NCBI GenBank assembly: GCA_002104895.1 | Contig: MCFG01000033.1 | Coordinates: 124,001 to 188,000 of the forward strand | Reading direction: 5' to 3' | Length of the DNA: 64,000 nucleotides | DNA from: Anaeromyces robustus | Taxonomy: Eukaryota | Notes under the pieces: generated by a model | What the model was told of the DNA's origin: nothing | Seen by the model: the letters and a program-made list of their open reading frames with translations, nothing else | Databases searched by the model: none | Shown here: positions 1-15,937 of the stretch, piece by piece | Layout: each line of letters opens with the position of its first letter | How positions within the stretch are numbered: position 1 is the first letter of the stretch | Program-made: the position numbers and the translations under genes

Positions 1-2
1 TT

Positions 3-3000
3 GTCAATGTCTATATCAATATCCATATAATCATTATTATTAATATATTCTTCATTATTATTTAAGGTTTTATTATGTGAAATATTGTCATTTATAATAT
101 TTGAATTATTTTGTATATTATTATTACTATTAGGTAATATATTATCATTATTCAGCAATATATTATTATTATATTGGTCTGATTTATTAAATTTATTGTT
201 TGATATATTATCATTATTAGAATCGTAATTGTTAATATTTTCATTATTATTTAATAAATTATTTTTCTCAGAATTATAGTTATTAAGGTTTTCATTAATT
301 AATTCATTTGAACCTAAATTATTATAATTTTCATTAACTGAATTTGAATTATTATTATTTTTATTTTCACTAAAAATTTTTGAACTTAAATTATTATTAT
401 TTTGAGTATCGCCAGAACTTAAATTAATATTATTTTGATTTTCATTAAATTTTTCTGAACTTAAATTATTATTGTTTTTAGAATCGTTTATTTTATTTTT
501 TGAATGAAAATTTGAAAAATTTTTATTATTAAAATTTTTTTCATCTAAAATAAAATTATTTTCTAAATTTTCATCGGCCGAGTAGTATTCTTCTTCATTG
601 TTTTCTGGTCCATTTTCTAAGTCTTTGTCCATAATTTTTATATCCCTTTGTTCTTCTTTGTCCGGTGAATTATTCGGTGTAAAAATTTTTTCTTGTTTCT
701 TATTTGAATTTTCGGTATTTTTATCGTTATCCTCGTGATTTGATTCATTTTTATTTACAAAATTATTTTTATTGTTTACAAAATAAAAATTTTTATTAAT
801 ATTTTCGTATTTACTGAAGTTGAAATCAAACCTTAAGAACGATGGATAGTCCATATTATTTTTAGCTGAATTAGATAGAGAAATATCTGCTGGTTCGTCT
901 TCTAAGCAGAATATTTCTCGCACATTATTAATTTTATAGTTATTATAGTCCATAACTAAATAACTATGCGTTTGTTCATTGAAACCTAAAAATATTCCTT
1001 TCAATGAATTTTCTTTAAATTTTGTTTTGTTCTGGTTGTAATTTTTGTAATATGTAATACAACCAAAAGTTTTTAAATGGTCAATTTTTACTTTATGACC
1101 ATAAAATTTTTCATCAGGTATGTTATTCTGAGAAATTTGATGTGGAGTTTTGTTGTATAAATAATTTGCATATAATACAGCAAAATCCCAAAAATTCTCA
1201 GAAAGTTTACTCCAGTATAATAATGTTTTAGAGCAGGAAATTAAAGTTTGATTAAATCTCTCTGCAATACCATTATTTTCTGGACTATATGGAGGCGAAT
1301 ATAATTTTATAATGCCATTTTCTTCACAAAATTTAATTATTTTGTTATTTTTATATTCTTTGGCATTATCTGATTTAAATACTTTAACTTTTTTATCTTT
1401 AAAAAAATTATTTAAATATTTTAATACATTAATAATTTTTTCTATCGCCTCACTTTTCTTTCTCATTAAATATATCCAACTTTTGTGGGTATATTCATCT
1501 ATAAACGTAATAATATATCTCATACCATTGTATGAGTCATTAATAGGGCCAATAATATCAGAATGGATAACTTCTAAAGTATCCATTGCTTTTGGCGTTT
1601 CTTTGTTATGAGGTTTCCTTTTCATTTTAGATATTTTGCAATCTTTACACAAAATATCTTTAACTTTATGAATATTTAAATATTCATTTAAATTTTCTAT
1701 ATAATAATGTCCTAAACGTCTATGCCAGATTAATTTACTATTGTAATCTAGCTTATTTACGTTTAAAACATATCTTTTAATATTTTCTTTAATATTATTA
1801 CAGTGAGTAGCTGTAATAATAATTTCATTATTATTGTTTGAATGAAAAGTTCCTATATTATGAAAATTTTTATCAAACAATAATAGTTTAGGTCTATAAT
1901 CAGTGGAATTTTCAATTAGCGCTTTAATATTAATTTTAGCTAGCTCAATTCCACTAATAATATTTCTAGAAACCTCTTTTGAATATAGAACCCTTTTTAA
2001 TATTATTTTATTTGCATTTATCATGAAGTGAAACTCTCCATGGCCCTCAAATGTGCATGAAGTATTATTAGCACATTTTAATACTATTTTTTCTTCTTTA
2101 TAGTTAATTAGTAAGCTTTTGTTATTGGTTAAGTGTTCACCGGCACCTGAATCATATAACCAATATGATTTTTCAATGTTATTTTTATCTGACACTTTAA
2201 ACTTATTCGATAAGTTAATTGCACACAGTTTTTTAATGTATTTTTTAATCTTTAAATTTTTATTTAATTTTTCTTTGTTATTTACATTGTTATTAGAAAA
2301 GTTTTTATCTTTTTTATTTTTAACATTATAAATTTCATCTTCATCATCAAAATACATTGTTTTAATATCATTAAAATCAAAATTTGAATTATAATAATCA
2401 TTAATATCGTATTTTGATGATTTACCGATGAAATTTGCGCCCTTTTTATTTTGTTTATTATTTTTATAATTATTATTATTATTATTATATTGTTTTGTGT
2501 TTTCTAAATATTTGTTAAATTTACTATTTTTATTTTTAATATTATACCAGCACTCTTTAGTATTGTGATTGTTCATGTCACAAATATGACAGTGCTTGGT
2601 AATTCTTGGGTTTTTAATATTAAATTTATTATTATTATTGTTATTATGATGATGATTGTTATTTTTCTTTATATGATCTATTTCCATTGGATCATCATCA
2701 TCATATTTGTTATATTTCCAACCTTTTATATAAGCCCTTTTCTTGAGGTCGGAATCAATTTGGTCGTAGAGTGAGTCAAAAGTGTCTAATTCTTTAAAGA
2801 TGAATTTATCTGTATATTCTCTTGGAAGAGCTCTATACAGATATTTAACCTTTTCTTCATCGGATATTTTTAATTCTGAATCATCCATGACTTTAAAAAT
2901 ATCCTTCATTTGGTCCAAGACATCCATAATCTCTTCTTCCTTGGAGGTAGATAAAGAATTTAATCTGGATATCCAATAAGCTGTGTCATTTTTATCTCCG

Positions 3001-3290
3001 CCATATTTTCTTTTTAATTTTGATAATATCTGGTAGGCGGATACTATTCCAGCCACTTCTTTGTGTATGGCTGGTGTAATTGAATAAAGGATTATTGATC
3101 TTGCTTTTGCGTTATTGATAAGCAATGCTAATTGTTCTGGGGTTGGCTTATCAATATCAATATCCTTTATTAAATCTTCTTTCATATATTTTAATACATT
3201 TTCTTTTTGAAATTCGGTACTTAAATAATCAAACCATAAAATGTAGTTTGAAGTACCTTTTAATTTTATAAGAGCGTTGTTGTTGCTCAT
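3..3290 (-). CDS. Copia gag-pol polyprotein (partial, open to window edge)
   Basis: ATG at 3290 (MSNNNALIKLKGTSNYILW). Same frame holds CHICDMNNHNTKEC, YDSGAGEH (~2150), IWHRRLGH (~1720), IHSDIIGP, FKSDNAKEY, SPENNGIAERFNQ (~1260) and SH3-like KGIFLGF. Its absence from the ORF track fits a frame with no stop before the edge. Confidence 0.93.
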   Translation of the reverse strand, partial: MSNNNALIKLKGTSNYILWFDYLSTEFQKENVLKYMKEDLIKDIDIDKPTPEQLALLINNAKARSIILYSITPAIHKEVAGIVSAYQILSKLKRKYGGDKNDTAYWISRLNSLSTSKEEEIMDVLDQMKDIFKVMDDSELKISDEEKVKYLYRALPREYTDKFIFKELDTFDSLYDQIDSDLKKRAYIKGWKYNKYDDDDPMEIDHIKKNNNHHHNNNNNNKFNIKNPRITKHCHICDMNNHNTKECWYNIKNKNSKFNKYLENTKQYNNNNNNYKNNKQNKKGANFIGKSSKYDINDYYNSNFDFNDIKTMYFDDEDEIYNVKNKKDKNFSNNNVNNKEKLNKNLKIKKYIKKLCAINLSNKFKVSDKNNIEKSYWLYDSGAGEHLTNNKSLLINYKEEKIVLKCANNTSCTFEGHGEFHFMINANKIILKRVLYSKEVSRNIISGIELAKINIKALIENSTDYRPKLLLFDKNFHNIGTFHSNNNNEIIITATHCNNIKENIKRYVLNVNKLDYNSKLIWHRRLGHYYIENLNEYLNIHKVKDILCKDCKISKMKRKPHNKETPKAMDTLEVIHSDIIGPINDSYNGMRYIITFIDEYTHKSWIYLMRKKSEAIEKIINVLKYLNNFFKDKKVKVFKSDNAKEYKNNKIIKFCEENGIIKLYSPPYSPENNGIAERFNQTLISCSKTLLYWSKLSENFWDFAVLYANYLYNKTPHQISQNNIPDEKFYGHKVKIDHLKTFGCITYYKNYNQNKTKFKENSLKGIFLGFNEQTHSYLVMDYNNYKINNVREIFCLEDEPADISLSNSAKNNMDYPSFLRFDFNFSKYENINKNFYFVNNKNNFVNKNESNHEDNDKNTENSNKKQEKIFTPNNSPDKEEQRDIKIMDKDLENGPENNEEEYYSADENLENNFILDEKNFNNKNFSNFHSKNKINDSKNNNNLSSEKFNENQNNINLSSGDTQNNNNLSSKIFSENKNNNNSNSVNENYNNLGSNELINENLNNYNSEKNNLLNNNENINNYDSNNDNISNNKFNKSDQYNNNILLNNDNILPNSNNNIQNNSNIINDNISHNKTLNNNEEYINNNDYMDIDIDID

Positions 3291-3313
3291 TGTTTAATTA
3301 TTCTCTCAAGATT

Positions 3314-3327
3314 TGAGACTCTTAATC
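3314..3327 (-). promoter_or_regulatory. Primer-binding site complementary to the anticodon stem-loop of tRNA-Lys(CUU) (half-tRNA priming)
   Basis: Plus strand TGAGACTCTTAATC matches the conserved eukaryotic tRNA-Lys-CTT anticodon arm (GACTCTTAATC core). It sits between the LTR end and the gag ATG. Confidence 0.8.
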
Positions 3328-3512
3328 TATTAACAGTCAGTTAATTGGGTTTAATATTATGTCAACTTTATTAATATATTTTTATGATAAAGAGTTACAA
3401 ATATTTAAATTATATAAATTACATGCTTTTATATTCATACAATGTGGCTCATACATTATATTTAATACAATACATTTTAATACATTTAACACATATTTCA
3501 CATATTCTAACA
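3328..3512 (-). repeat. 5' LTR of the copia element (~185 bp)
   Basis: Minus strand begins TGTTAGAATA at 3512, exactly where the (ATT)n tract stops, and ends CTGTTAATA directly before the PBS. The second LTR is not in the window, so the boundaries are inferred. Confidence 0.7.
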
Positions 3513-3677
<165 letters not shown>

Positions 3678-3686
3678 GTTAAGAAC

Positions 3687-5514
3687 TTTTTTTTAAAAGC
3701 ACACAATTCGTATATCATCTTTATTGAGTTTAAATATTAATATACATGAATTATAAAAAACATATAATAAAAAAAAAACAGATAAACATTATAGATAATA
3801 ATGAATGATACTGGGGAGAAAAAAGTAGTATAATAATATGTAAAAACAAAAATTCCATACTAGCCCTTAATTCTACTTATGTAGAATTAAAGTAAAATTG
3901 ATCTATCCTATTCCACTCGGGTCGGTAATAGGACCAGCATTTGCCCTACTAGGCTGTCCTACTGAGTTATTAACATTGACGTTCCTGGAGAGGTTGGTTT
4001 TAAATTTATTGAACAATACATGTTGTCTTTTATAGACAACAGTCATGATATCATTCAATAGAGCCGCAGATCGCAACAAGAATGGAGATTTTGAATATGT
4101 ACCAAATTCAGTCTGACACTTTAACAAATATTTCCATTCCTTTTTATATGGACAATTGTTAGATATTTCATTAAAACCATCTTCTCTTCCACCAATTAAA
4201 AAAATATAAATTCGATACCTGTTAAAATTTTTTCAATTTCCTAAAATATCGATATTACCATATACTATTGTTTCTATTATTAGAACTACTTTTACAACCC
4301 ATAACAATATTATTAATTCTATTATCTGCACTACAGTTATCATTGATCACAAATAAACTATTAAAAAGATTATCTAAAAAATAAAAAAAATTTTCTATCT
4401 AGATCGGAGAAATGGTTAATACAAAAATTTTTTAAGTAGGAAACAATTAATAAACCAATGGTCAATTCTTTGATAACTGTCATTATGGAAACAGTAGGAA
4501 CAACAATTAGGACAAGAATTATTAATCATTTTAGCAGCCTTAGCAACTCTAGCATCAATTTTATATCTACATCTTGCCCTAATTATCCACCTGAAACATT
4601 TGCTATATTCAGGAAATTCTAGATTAAGCTTTAAGTAGTTTCTTGAATTTTCAAAATTGTTCATTTTATAAATTTTATCTTTAATTGATTTATCGCTGTT
4701 CATGTCTCTATCCCAATAGAAGTTCATAATTTCTTTAGAAGAGGATGAAATATTGTTTAATTTATCATTTAATGATTTACTTTCTTTGTCCCAAGTCCAT
4801 TTTCTTGTTGTAGAAACATTATTAACTAACTTTGAAATAATGTAGTTATAGTCCTTCCACTTATTAAAACATCTAATTTGAGCTAAAGCACATTTATCAG
4901 AAAGTGGAGGAATATTGACTTCTTTTGAAATGCAATAAATAGAAACAAATGAATTAAGTTTTGATAAACCTAAAATCCAATAAAAACCTTTTTTGATAAT
5001 AGTTTGATTAGAACAAGTATTGTTTTTGTTAAATCCATATAAGGGTGTATAATAGGAGACTTGTCCAATAACTTTTGCATAGAATAAAGTTCTTTTAAGA
5101 GAAATAGTAATCAAATCATCTTTTTAGAAAACCTTGAATTGAATTTTTTTTTTTTTTTTTTTGACTAAAGGAAGAGAATACACTTTCAACCTTGAATTGA
5201 AAACAAAGCCTTATTAACTTTATTTTTTAATTTTATTAATAACAATTTTAAATCAAGAGTTTTATGAAAAAGAACACCAAGGTAAATATAACAATATGTT
5301 TTAGAAATTGCGATTTCTGTTAAATAAAAGGTAGGGTCTGCTCTATGAATAAATTCCGACTTTTCATGTCTAACAGCTAATGTGACATTTATTAATTTCA
5401 AAAATCATCACATTTTCCTTAGCCCATTTACCAACTGAGCGAAGAAGTTTATTCATACGAGAACTACTAAGAACACAAAGAACAATATCATCTACAAAAA
5501 GTCCACCACAACAA
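3687..5514 (-). mobile_element. 5'-truncated, frameshifted non-LTR retrotransposon (LINE) remnant
   Basis: Starts at RT motif CCGGLFVDDIVL (~5510), then YIYLGV, CALAQIRCFNKW and CSYC...HWFINC, all homologous to the LINE at 19.5-24.6 kb. Short A-tail at 3687-3694. Flanking repeats TATTGTTAAGAAC (3674-3686) and TATTATTAAGAAC (5515-5527) match at 12/13. Confidence 0.9.
5144..5187 (-). mobile_element. 44-bp severely truncated retro-insertion (25 nt + A19) nested in the LINE remnant
   Basis: Perfect 14-bp duplication AACCTTGAATTGAA at 5130-5143 and 5188-5201 flanks T19 + GACTAAAGGAAGAGAATACACTTTC. Confidence 0.88.
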
Positions 5515-6081
5515 TATTATTAAGAACAATATAAAATTATAAAAACAAAATAATAACACTTATTATTTTATATTATAAAATAAATAAATAAGTATATATA
5601 TATATTTTTTAGAAAATATTTTTATTAGGTTTCGGTCACAAATATTCTTTAAAAAAGTGAAAAAAAAAAAAAAAATTATTATTACATATAAATAATTAAA
5701 TATAAAGATTTATATAATAAATTATACAATTTACATTTTTAAATAATTGAATGAATAAAAAAAAAAAAAAGAGAGAGATAAAAATAACAGAATATATATG
5801 TAAAATAAAATAAAACATAATTTTTTATAATATATAATTATTAAAATAAATAGTAAAAAAAAAATAATAATAATAATGAGTATAACAATATTTATATATA
5901 TAATATATATTATAACAATTTTATAGTTTAAAAAAAATTTTTTTTGAAATGACTTGTTGAACAATTCAGTTACTTATCATTTCAAAATCTATATATGCAA
6001 TTATTATTGATTATATAAATGAACCAATATTAAACAATAATAATAAAAATGGTATATCCAATAAAATTGTTATTAAATATG

Positions 6082-6113
<32 letters not shown>

Positions 6114-6933
6114 ATTATAATATTGAATTGTTATATTTTGATGGTATGTTTTTGGTATAATTTTTAATATATATATATATTATTTTTAATAAAAAATAAA
6201 TAATTGTAAATTTTAAATAAAAAAAAATCATATACAATATATATATATATATATATAATATTAATTATATTCATTACTTCATTATTTATTATCTAAAATT
6301 TCCCATTTATCACCCCACGTTAAAAACTATTGAATATTTTAAGAAAAATAATTGTTATCTATGATGATAATTAAAAAAAAAAAAAAAATTCTATTTGCTA
6401 TATGAAATTCTTTTAGGTATAAAAGTATCTGTTGCTGATATTAATTTTCTTTTATGACTTATAGATGTTGGATATAAATTATTTAATTTTGTTATAACTA
6501 TTGGATTATTATAATAATTAATTTCATGATTATATTCAATAGTTTTGCATCTATTTTCATTGTTAATAATATTATTATTTTTAATATCATCATTATAATT
6601 ACTGACATTATTGTTATGAATAATTCTGTTATTAATATTATTATTGTTAATTTTATGGTTATTCTTAGAGTAATTTGAATTATTTATATTATTTCTGGAA
6701 TTAAATACATATGTATTATTTTTTTTTTTCAACGAATGCACGATTATGATTCATACTAATAGATGATGATGATGAATATGATGAGGAATTTTTTGAAAAG
6801 GAATACTTTTGAAAATGATTATTTGTTTCATTATGTCCATAAACAAAATGAGAATTGGAATTAGGAATTGGAATTGATGATGATATAGGAGATATTGATG
6901 ATAAATATATTCCTGTAATATCAGAATCAAACT

Positions 6934-10633
<3,700 letters not shown>

Positions 10634-12349
10634 TTTGATAACAAAATTGATATTGTCTTTTTTAAACAAAAAAAAAAGAATTATTATTAATTTTAATATA
10701 TATAACAAAGTATATGTTGGTATTTTATTATTTAATTTAATTCTTTACATAATAAGAAATAATATACTTTTATTTATATTAATAAAAATTATAAATAAGT
10801 AATATATACTATTAAGGATTAACTCTTATTAGTATATAAAACTATATTTTTATTAATGTAAATAGTTTGATTAATATTATTGAAAGAAAGAATATATTAA
10901 AAAGCAATGAGTTTTATATAACAAAAATGCATTTTCAAATGTATAAAAGTATTAAAATAAAAGTATTTTTTAATTCTTTTCTTTTTAATATTTATATGTA
11001 TATATTGTCTATTTATTTAAAATACATATATTTAATGTTTATTTGTTTTAAAATAAAAAAAAAATATTATATTTTATTACATCATTATAAGTTTATAAAT
11101 TAGATATATTTTTCATTAATTCAATTAAATAAATTAACAAAAAAAAAAAAGAGAGAGAGAGAAAAAAAAAATATAAAAAAAAAAAGACTTTTTTTTAACT
11201 TTATATTATTTTAAAATATCTAAAATTTCTTTTTTATTCTTCATAATAAAATTTATATAAAAGTTAAAATTTTACAATAAATAATTATTAATTATTATTA
11301 AATTATTGTTATTATTTAATAATAATATAATAAAAAAAAAGATGATAATACTCAATATATAAAATATATATATTTGAACTAATAGAATAAATATAATATT
11401 ATATTTAATATTATATTAATACTAATATTCAATATATAATAAATATATATATGTAATATTTTAACACATATTTAACAATTAAATTATTTCAAAATAGAAA
11501 AGACAAAAAAAACTTTAAAAATTTATTTTAAAAAAATATTTATATATATAAGAAATATACTGTAATATATTTATATTTAATTTACTCTAAATTGATAGGT
11601 ATTAATAGAGATAATATTCGAATTAAATGATTAAATATATATTAAGTAATTCAACCTAATTTAAAAAAATTCTTATTAAACAATTAATATATATATTATA
11701 TTTCCAGTATAAACTAATATATATATTCGTAATTTGTATAGTATATATAAATTTTAAAATTAAATTCTATTAAATTTTTCCTAAAAATTTTCAAATGGTC
11801 TATGGTTAATTCAATTCAATAATACAAATTAATATATGATGTATATATATTAAATAAATATATAAAATAAATAAACAAATATAATTAAACAATAAAAATA
11901 CTAATTTTAATAAATACTAAAAACTAGTTAACTAATTATCAAAAAAAAAAATTAAATATTATTTAAATATATTATTCCTATTTTCATTTAATATGTTTTT
12001 AATAGAAAAATGGTAAAATATAAATATTTGAATGCTTACATATATTATGTATATATTATGTATATATATGTAATATATGTTATTATATATTATTTATTCC
12101 AATTTTTTTATATTAAATGAAAGATATTAATAAAAAAAAAAAAAAAGACAAATATGAATAAAATTATTTAATATAATAAATATTTATTATTATTAAATTT
12201 TTTTTCTACATTTTTTTACTTTTTCAAAGTATTTTTGTTAATTCTAACGTTCTATGTACCCGATAAAAAGAATATATCTTATAATTACATAACTAAAGAA
12301 AAAATTCTTATATTTTATTAATTAATTATTAATATATATATATATTTAT

Positions 12350-12494
<145 letters not shown>

Positions 12495-13275
12495 TATAAT
12501 GATTAATAATCTATATATTAAATATTATTAATATATAAAAATAATCCTTAAAATTAATTATAAATATTAATTAAATGTTACATTAAAATGATAATAAATT
12601 AAATTTTATAAAAAAATTTCTATGTAATATATACCAACCTAAAAAAAAAGGTTGGCATTATTTAAACAAATAGAAATATGCCAATATTTTTGAAAATAAA
12701 TAATGATTCATGCCAATTTTTTTTTAATTATTTGAATATATAAACAATGATATTTTTAAATTAGATAAGAAACAAAATTATTTATCATTGATTATAAAAA
12801 AAAACAATTATTTTTGTTATAAAAGAAAATCAAATATTATATATATATTTTTTAATAAAATGTATATTATAAGTGATAAGTTTTAGTAAGTATATATTAT
12901 ATACAATAAACTCCATATTCCAATAAAGAGATTTATATATATTAATATTAGAAAAAAAAATAATTGTAAGACAATTATTTTTTTTTTCAAATCAATTATT
13001 TATATAATTAATAATTAAATATAATATATAAACGATAATTGTAAATATAATAAAACAAAATGTTTATTGAAAAAAATATTAAGAGATTCTTTTTTAGATA
13101 TGAGATAATATATAATTATTTTATTATCATAATTATATAAATACATAAGCATTTGTAAGCAAATGAATCCTTAAAATTTTCTTTTTTTACTCCAACTACT
13201 TTCAATAGTATAAATATTTGATAAAAAATTAGATATAATAATAAAAATAATATTGATATTCATAAATTACTAAAG

Positions 13276-13600
13276 TTAGTAAAAATTTATCTAATTTTAT
13301 GATTCATATAATTTAATATCTTGTTTTGATAACTTATATGAACCTTATAATTAGATAAATTTTACTAATACATACATTTATATATATATTTTTTGAAGTT
13401 TTAACAAAATAAAATCTAACCTAACCTTTATAACAAATACATAATTTAGAACTAACCTTCTTTTATTATTTCTATTATCAAAATTTAAATCAAAAAAGTG
13501 GAAAAAATATATAAAAAATATTTTATATATTTTCAATATATTATTTATGTATTATAAATTATTTATTCTTTATATTATAATATATAAAGAATAAATAATT
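13276..13600. repeat. Cluster of AT-rich inverted repeats
   Basis: TTAGTAAAAATTTATCTAATT...AATTAGATAAATTTTACTAA (13276-13368, imperfect, arms extend inward); a second hairpin at 13501-13534; perfect 19-bp arms at 13557-13575 and 13582-13600. Confidence 0.7.
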
Positions 13601-15039
13601 AATAAATGAATATTTTGTATTTAAATTAAATAAATTAAGTACAAAAAGAAAATGAAAAAAGACAATTATAAAAAATATTTTTTAAAAAGATTATTATTAA
13701 CTATTAATAAAATATAATTTTTGATAAACCTATTAAATATGTATAAATTAAAAAAAAAAAAAAAAAAGTAATGACTTTTATTATTAATTTATTGCTATTT
13801 AATAAATAAATGGATTAATTATTATCACAATAACTAATATAAATCAACTGACCAACATTCATATTATAATGATATAATAATTAAATAATAATAATTAATC
13901 ATGATATTTTTTTAATATATATAATATATATAATTATTGAATTTTTTCTGTGTTTGAAATTAATCAAATAAAGATGTTTTTTTTTGTTTTTTTCTTTTCG
14001 TCATGAATTATAAATATATATATATATATATATGTATTTATATTACATTAAAAGACAATTAAATATTAGATATTATAAAATTTAAAAAAAAAAAAAACTA
14101 AAAAATGATAAACTTAAAAAAAAATATTTAAATTTATTATGACATGAAAATAATTATGATAACAAGTAAAGTTATTATTGTGATAAAAATATATTTATTA
14201 ACAATTACTATAAATATGATTTTTTTTTTCCTTTTTGATTTTATAATTCAAAAATAACATTCTATAATAATTAAAAAAATTAATTAAAGAGTTATAACAT
14301 AAGTCAATATTTTTAATTTTTTATTATTCTTTTTTGTAAAACAAATAATAAAATATTTTTATAATTTTGTCAGTTGATAAATATTTTTCAATTTAAAAAT
14401 AAATAAAAGAGTTTTAAAAGAAAAAAAATGTTTAAATAAATAAATAAAGATATATGTATATATGTACATAATTTATTAATTTATTAATGTCTATAAATTT
14501 TTTATTTTTCTTTGTTCTTTTTTTTTTTTTTTTATTTCGCTTAATTATTATTATAATAGATTTTTTTATAGAATATTTATTATAGTAATATTTATTAATA
14601 AAAATTAATAGATATTAAGATAAGTTATAAATATGTTTGTTAAGTAACGTTATTTTTAATCAATAATATAAACTTAATTTAAGTATTTTAATAGAAATTA
14701 TGTTATCAGAGTTACACAAATTATTAAACCTGTCAATAAGATGAATTATACTTATCTTTTATTCATTTTAATTTTTTAGTATATTATAATATATTATAAT
14801 ATATATTTAAAAATTAATATAGTCATTGATTGTATTTTTTTTAATTAAATACAGTTTATAATTACTTTGCCATTTATTAATAAAAAAATTTAAAGAAAAT
14901 ACTTTTATAATAATGTTGGTATTTTTAAATATAATTTAAATTTTTAATGTTAACTAATAATATGTATATAAATATTTATATATAAATAATTTTTTTAAAA
15001 TTTAAGTTATATTAATAAAAATATTTAATAAACAACTAA

Positions 15040-15075
<36 letters not shown>

Positions 15076-15107
15076 AATTAATTAATTAAATAAATGTATA
15101 ATAAATA

Positions 15108-15155
<48 letters not shown>

Positions 15156-15885
15156 ATATAAAAATAATTTTTATTAAATTATTAAATATATACTATATAT
15201 TTTTTTACCAATTATTTATTATAAATTATTGATCGATTACTATGATTATTAATATTTCATAAAATGAAAAATTAAAAATATATATATAAAGACCAATTTT
15301 TTTCTTTTTTTTTTTTTTTATTATTTTTTTATAATTTACATAGAAAAAAGCTCTTTTTTTATTTATTTTAAAAAACAAATTTATTATTTTATTATCTAAA
15401 AAAAAAACATTTCAATAAAAAGAGAGTATTTTTCATTAAACAAGAATAAAGAATTCTTTTAAATATATATCTTTCTAATATTCTATGAATATATTATAAG
15501 GTTTTTTTTTTTTATAAAAAATAAGAAATAAAAATATATATCATATATTAGTAAAACCAAAAAAAAAAAAAAAAAAAAAGAAAACAAAAAAAAAAAATAG
15601 TAAAATAATGAATATTCATAGTTAATAATGAAACAATATAATTATATTATAATATATAATATATCTGGAATATACATTTTTAAATATTATAAATATATTA
15701 ATAAAAGTATTAAAGAATATATATGACTATTATCATTAATTAAAAACCATAATATATTTTATGAAATATATTATAAGGCAAGTTGAAGTTTTTACATTAT
15801 ATATGTTTTTATAATATTATGAAGTAGTTAAAATCTTTTACCCACAAGATTATAATTATAAAAAAAAATATTAAGTAAACAATAA

Positions 15886-15937
<52 letters not shown>

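Larger units (their letters stand above)
1..3512 (-). mobile_element. Ty1/copia LTR retrotransposon, 5' portion (LTR-PBS-gag-PR-IN); RT/RNaseH and 3' LTR lie beyond the left window edge
   Basis: Manual minus-strand translation gives the copia domain order: CCHC knuckle, WLYDSGAGEH protease, WHRRLGH, integrase core. A TG-starting LTR and a PBS lie directly upstream. Confidence 0.95.

Noticed and set aside
1312..2979. Several plus-strand ORFs
   Set aside because: Antisense to the copia gag-pol frame; no independent coding signal.
3866..3890. TAATTCTACTTATGTAGA resembles a Cas12a direct repeat
   Set aside because: Single copy, no spacers or cas genes, eukaryotic LINE 3' UTR context; treated as a plain hairpin.
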